Shown here: piece by piece, positions 63,001 to 64,000 of the stretch
Position numbering within the stretch: the first letter of the stretch is position 1
How the letters are laid out: every line of letters starts with the position of its first letter
DNA from: Octopus bimaculoides
Lineage: Eukaryota
Direction of reading: 5' to 3'
Length of the DNA stretch: 64,000 nt
NCBI RefSeq assembly: GCF_001194135.2
Contig: NC_068991.1
Span: 8,589,057 to 8,653,056 of the forward strand
The notes under the pieces: model-generated
What the model was told of the DNA's origin: nothing
Seen by the model: only the letters and a program-made list of their open reading frames with translations
The model's database searches: none
Translations under genes and position numbers: made by a program

Positions 63001-64000
63001 TACATCAGTCATACAGATTACTTTATCTTCTACATCACTCACGTTAATCTCCTTGTATATCTATATTAGTCATACTGATCACTTTATTATCTGCATCAGT
63101 CATTCAGGTCACCTGATTGCCTATATCAGTTATATCAGCCCCTTTTTTCTTAGTTCAACATTGTCTCACTTTCTTATTTCTTTTCCTTCTCTCTTTATTC
63201 TATTTTTCACATTGATTTTAAATGTCCACTTCATATTATTGTTTGGCTAAGACTTCAGTGACAACCAATATGATTCTGTTATCTTTTTGTCCAAAGCTGT
63301 TTGACTCAAGATAAATGTGAGCTATTTAAAATGTTTTAAACCACTTTAATTTATGTATAAAATTGTTTGACCATAGACTGGTGTCTTTACAGAAGTGGTA
63401 CACCACAGTCTAGTACATCTATATAATAAGGAAGCTGCTTATTAATTAATTTGGAATATGTAACTTTACTAAAAGAAAACAGTCTATACTTTCTAGAAAA
63501 TTCTTTATAACTCTTATAAATTCCAATTTTAATAAATTTTTATCAAAATGTGATTTTCAGGTTTCTTTTATTATTGAAAATTTAACTTCATGATTCAATC
63601 TAAAAGCTAGTTTATATTCACTGCAACATAGTCATCTTACACTGCTAGATAGCATTTTTTACATCTCCATTTATACTTTTGGGAATATGAAGGTTGCCTA
63701 AATATTTTTCCAAATTGTAAGTTTAATCCAGCATTAGCTAAATTATGTAGGTTCCAATACCCTTTCATATTTTTGGGGTGTTGTTGACTATAGTCACTCT
63801 ATGTAACATAGTAATTATCATCACTAGCCTATACTAGGCATCAAGTTTATACATTACTCTGTGCAACAGATTAGATATGTTCAAATGACACTCAAAGAAT
63901 CCATAAAAAGAAAAGTTACATCTTATTTACTGTTGAGGACTTTGTCTCATTGCAGGATACGCAGCTTGGAAAAGGAGTTGTACTACTACAAGAAAACCAG
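22052..64000 (+). CDS. KIF27: Kinesin-like protein KIF27/KIF7 (kinesin-4, Costal2 homologue), 3'-incomplete; 30 visible coding exons (about 3.5 kb CDS) plus 2 inferred in gaps
   Basis: Spliced product begins [16 protein letters not shown]. It has P-loop GQT|GSGKT, switch I NEHSSRSH, switch [30 protein letters not shown], and KIF27/KIF7-typical motifs [56 protein letters not shown] and [11 protein letters not shown]. All splice sites are GT-AG. Confidence 0.93.
22234..22426 (+). mobile_element. Cecropia-subfamily (Hsmar1/SETMAR-like) mariner transposase C-terminal relic
   Basis: PTDYHFF (+1 frameshift) [57 protein letters not shown]. Confidence 0.85.
26187..26324 (+). CDS. KIF27: KIF27 coding exon 2
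   Basis: [46 protein letters not shown]; ag/gt, phase 0-0. Confidence 0.93.
26529..26938 (+). mobile_element. tRNA-derived SINE family 1, full length (CORE-like ccttgggcaagt segment, internal microsatellite)
   Basis: A-box tggctatgtggt, B-box ggttcggtccc; similar copies or fragments near 2865-3120, 10790-11170, 16357-16419, 23315-23500, 31140-31515, 33818-34220, 34757-35145, 49157-49539, 50690-50990, 51010-51210, 60045-60420 and 61285-61500. Confidence 0.85.
27600..27980. repeat. Compound (CA)n/(TA)n microsatellite
   Basis: Directly visible. Confidence 0.95.
29840..29923 (+). CDS. KIF27: KIF27 coding exon 3
   Basis: [28 protein letters not shown]. Confidence 0.93.
30590..30697 (+). CDS. 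KIF27: KIF27 coding exon 4
   Basis: [36 protein letters not shown]. Confidence 0.94.
32097..32497 (-). mobile_element. DD37D (maT-like) transposon 3' end with terminal inverted repeat
   Basis: [18 protein letters not shown] (7-nt duplication) [20 protein letters not shown]...[13 protein letters not shown]; end TA|CAGGGTGT at 32097-32106. Confidence 0.8.
32760..32960 (-). mobile_element. RTE LINE C-terminal fragment
   Basis: IKKCRSQIV...[26 protein letters not shown] resembles the RTE GRPRKTW motif. Confidence 0.65.
33002..33128 (+). CDS. KIF27: KIF27 coding exon 5
   Basis: [42 protein letters not shown]. Confidence 0.94.
33538..33684 (+). CDS. KIF27: KIF27 coding exon 6 (switch I)
   Basis: [49 protein letters not shown]. 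Confidence 0.95.
33818..34220 (-). mobile_element. SINE family 1, young full-length copy
   Basis: Reverse complement of the family-1 structure with CpGs retained. Confidence 0.85.
34442..34522 (+). CDS. KIF27: KIF27 coding exon 7 (symmetric 81-nt loop exon)
   Basis: gccag acceptor, gtaggt donor, phase 1-1, open frame [27 protein letters not shown]; fills the variable loop between beta6 and beta7. Confidence 0.7.
34757..35145 (-). mobile_element. SINE family 1, young full-length copy
   Basis: Nearly co-linear with 33818-34220. Confidence 0.85.
35412..35507 (+). CDS. KIF27: KIF27 coding exon 8 (switch II)
   Basis: [32 protein letters not shown]. Confidence 0.93.
36560..36750 (-). mobile_element. 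CR1/L2-group LINE 3' fragment
   Basis: [26 protein letters not shown] resembles the FKxxLDxFLxxIPDxP C-terminal motif. Confidence 0.55.
38880..39001 (+). CDS. KIF27: KIF27 coding exon 9
   Basis: [41 protein letters not shown]. Confidence 0.95.
39820..39921 (+). CDS. KIF27: KIF27 coding exon 10
   Basis: [34 protein letters not shown]. Confidence 0.95.
39973..40193. mobile_element. TTAA-flanked piggyBac-type MITE family A
   Basis: TTAA at both ends, degenerate inverted ends ctcgttagcact...aatgttaagggg; related copies at about 24630-24846 and 49733-49855. Confidence 0.65.
40252..40298 (+). pseudogene. Intronic partial copy of KIF27 exon 11
   Basis: 47 bp matching 40965-41011 with one C>T difference (CGA>TGA). 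Confidence 0.85.
40958..41038 (+). CDS. KIF27: KIF27 coding exon 11 (neck)
   Basis: [27 protein letters not shown]. Confidence 0.93.
41401..41543 (+). CDS. KIF27: KIF27 coding exon 12
   Basis: [47 protein letters not shown]; weak gtttaa donor, phase-consistent. Confidence 0.85.
42039..42174 (+). CDS. KIF27: KIF27 coding exon 13
   Basis: [46 protein letters not shown]. Confidence 0.88.
42560..42870. repeat. Degenerate ~22-bp minisatellite
   Basis: Recurrent ttgtacagtctctcctgttat-like units. Confidence 0.55.
43210..43296 (+). CDS. KIF27: KIF27 coding exon 14
   Basis: [29 protein letters not shown]. Confidence 0.85.
44273..44359 (+). CDS. KIF27: KIF27 coding exon 15
   Basis: [29 protein letters not shown]. 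Confidence 0.88.
44500..44619 (+). CDS. KIF27: KIF27 coding exon 16
   Basis: [40 protein letters not shown]; AAG acceptor after a short 140-nt intron. Confidence 0.82.
45080..45365 (-). mobile_element. Decayed CR1/jockey-group LINE RT C-terminal fragment
   Basis: [26 protein letters not shown]...[11 protein letters not shown] resembles LQSLxHRRxVxxLxLFYRYY...LVPP. Confidence 0.5.
45659..45733 (+). CDS. KIF27: KIF27 coding exon 17
   Basis: [25 protein letters not shown]. Confidence 0.8.
46201..46415 (+). CDS. KIF27: KIF27 coding exon 18
   Basis: [71 protein letters not shown]. Confidence 0.92.
47377..47471 (+). CDS. KIF27: KIF27 coding exon 19
   Basis: [31 protein letters not shown]; phase 2-1. 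Confidence 0.82.
48226..48400 (+). CDS. KIF27: KIF27 coding exon 20
   Basis: [58 protein letters not shown]; phase 1-2. Confidence 0.86.
49157..49539 (+). mobile_element. SINE family 1 copy abutting the exon 21 acceptor
   Basis: Near-full-length, ends gactgaaacaagtaaaagaataaaagaa about 20 nt before the AG. Confidence 0.85.
49564..49660 (+). CDS. KIF27: KIF27 coding exon 21
   Basis: [33 protein letters not shown]. Confidence 0.92.
51486..51593 (+). CDS. KIF27: KIF27 coding exon 22 (visible numbering)
   Basis: [35 protein letters not shown]; phase 2-2. Confidence 0.88.
52459..52709. mobile_element. TTAA-flanked piggyBac-type MITE family B
   Basis: TTAA|ctcttttgatacc...ggtaacaaagggg|TTAA; related copies at about 39400-39602 (inverted) and 20092-20310. 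Confidence 0.7.
52830..53150 (-). mobile_element. tRNA-derived SINE family 4 (gtgtcctcgagcaagacactt central domain)
   Basis: Pol III-like head on the - strand, Meta/Deu-like domain; copies near 388-570, 8860-9080, 19720-20070 (tandem pair), 49868-50190 and 58865-58960. Confidence 0.7.
53272..53414 (+). CDS. KIF27: KIF27 coding exon 23
   Basis: [47 protein letters not shown]. Confidence 0.9.
54323..54419 (+). CDS. KIF27: KIF27 coding exon 24
   Basis: [33 protein letters not shown]. Confidence 0.9.
55430..55534 (+). CDS. KIF27: KIF27 coding exon 25
   Basis: [35 protein letters not shown]. Confidence 0.93.
55826..56215 (-). mobile_element. RTE-clade LINE fragment, pseudogenised
   Basis: [15 protein letters not shown]...[38 protein letters not shown]; premature stop and an 11-nt deletion relative to the copy at 1-301. 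Confidence 0.9.
57301..57515 (+). CDS. KIF27: KIF27 coding exon 26
   Basis: [71 protein letters not shown]. Confidence 0.93.
60045..60420 (+). mobile_element. SINE family 1, full-length copy
   Basis: ggctgtgtggtaagt...ggttcattcccactgcgtggcaccttgggcaagt...atgactgaaacaag. Confidence 0.85.
60756..60867 (+). CDS. KIF27: KIF27 coding exon 27
   Basis: [38 protein letters not shown]. Confidence 0.93.
61894..62031 (+). CDS. KIF27: KIF27 coding exon 28
   Basis: [46 protein letters not shown]. Confidence 0.92.
62482..62672 (+). CDS. KIF27: KIF27 coding exon 29
   Basis: [63 protein letters not shown]. Confidence 0.92.
62882..63149. repeat. Degenerate 30-bp minisatellite (about 9 units)
   Basis: tctacatcagtcatac-like units start at 62882, 62912, 62942, 62969, 62999, 63029, 63060, 63090 and 63120. 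Confidence 0.8.
63956..64000 (+). CDS. KIF27: KIF27 coding exon 30 (cut by window end)
   Basis: ttgcag acceptor; [15 protein letters not shown]. Confidence 0.9.

Noticed and set aside
1-64000. CRISPR-like or prokaryotic/viral insert
   Set aside because: No regularly spaced repeat-spacer array, operon-like ORF cluster or compositional island; recurring motifs are dispersed eukaryotic retroelements.

Overview
Eukaryotic genomic DNA: AT-rich, dense in repeats and microsatellites, with eight N-gaps. The SINE/RTE repeat landscape points to a coleoid cephalopod, most likely Octopus (inferred, not proven). Two spliced protein-coding genes lie on the + strand. (1) The last five coding exons of a DUF547-domain gene (889-4484), whose first visible intron has a textbook minor-spliceosome (U12, GT-AG subtype) signature. 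(2) A kinesin-4 KIF27/KIF7 (Costal2-like) gene. It has a putative promoter and non-coding first exon near 14.75-15.06 kb, ATG at 22052, and 30 visible coding exons running off the window end. Two reading-frame breaks coincide with assembly gaps and imply two hidden exons. The introns hold several tRNA-derived SINE families, RTE and CR1-group LINE fragments, mariner/DD37D relics, TA- and TTAA-flanked MITEs, mini- and microsatellites, and a 47-bp stop-carrying copy of a KIF27 exon. I see no CRISPR array, rRNA or genuine tRNA gene, and no clear evidence of a wholly new biological system. Most entries in the ORF track are microsatellite or N-gap artefacts. Exon coordinates were read base by base; repeat boundaries are approximate.
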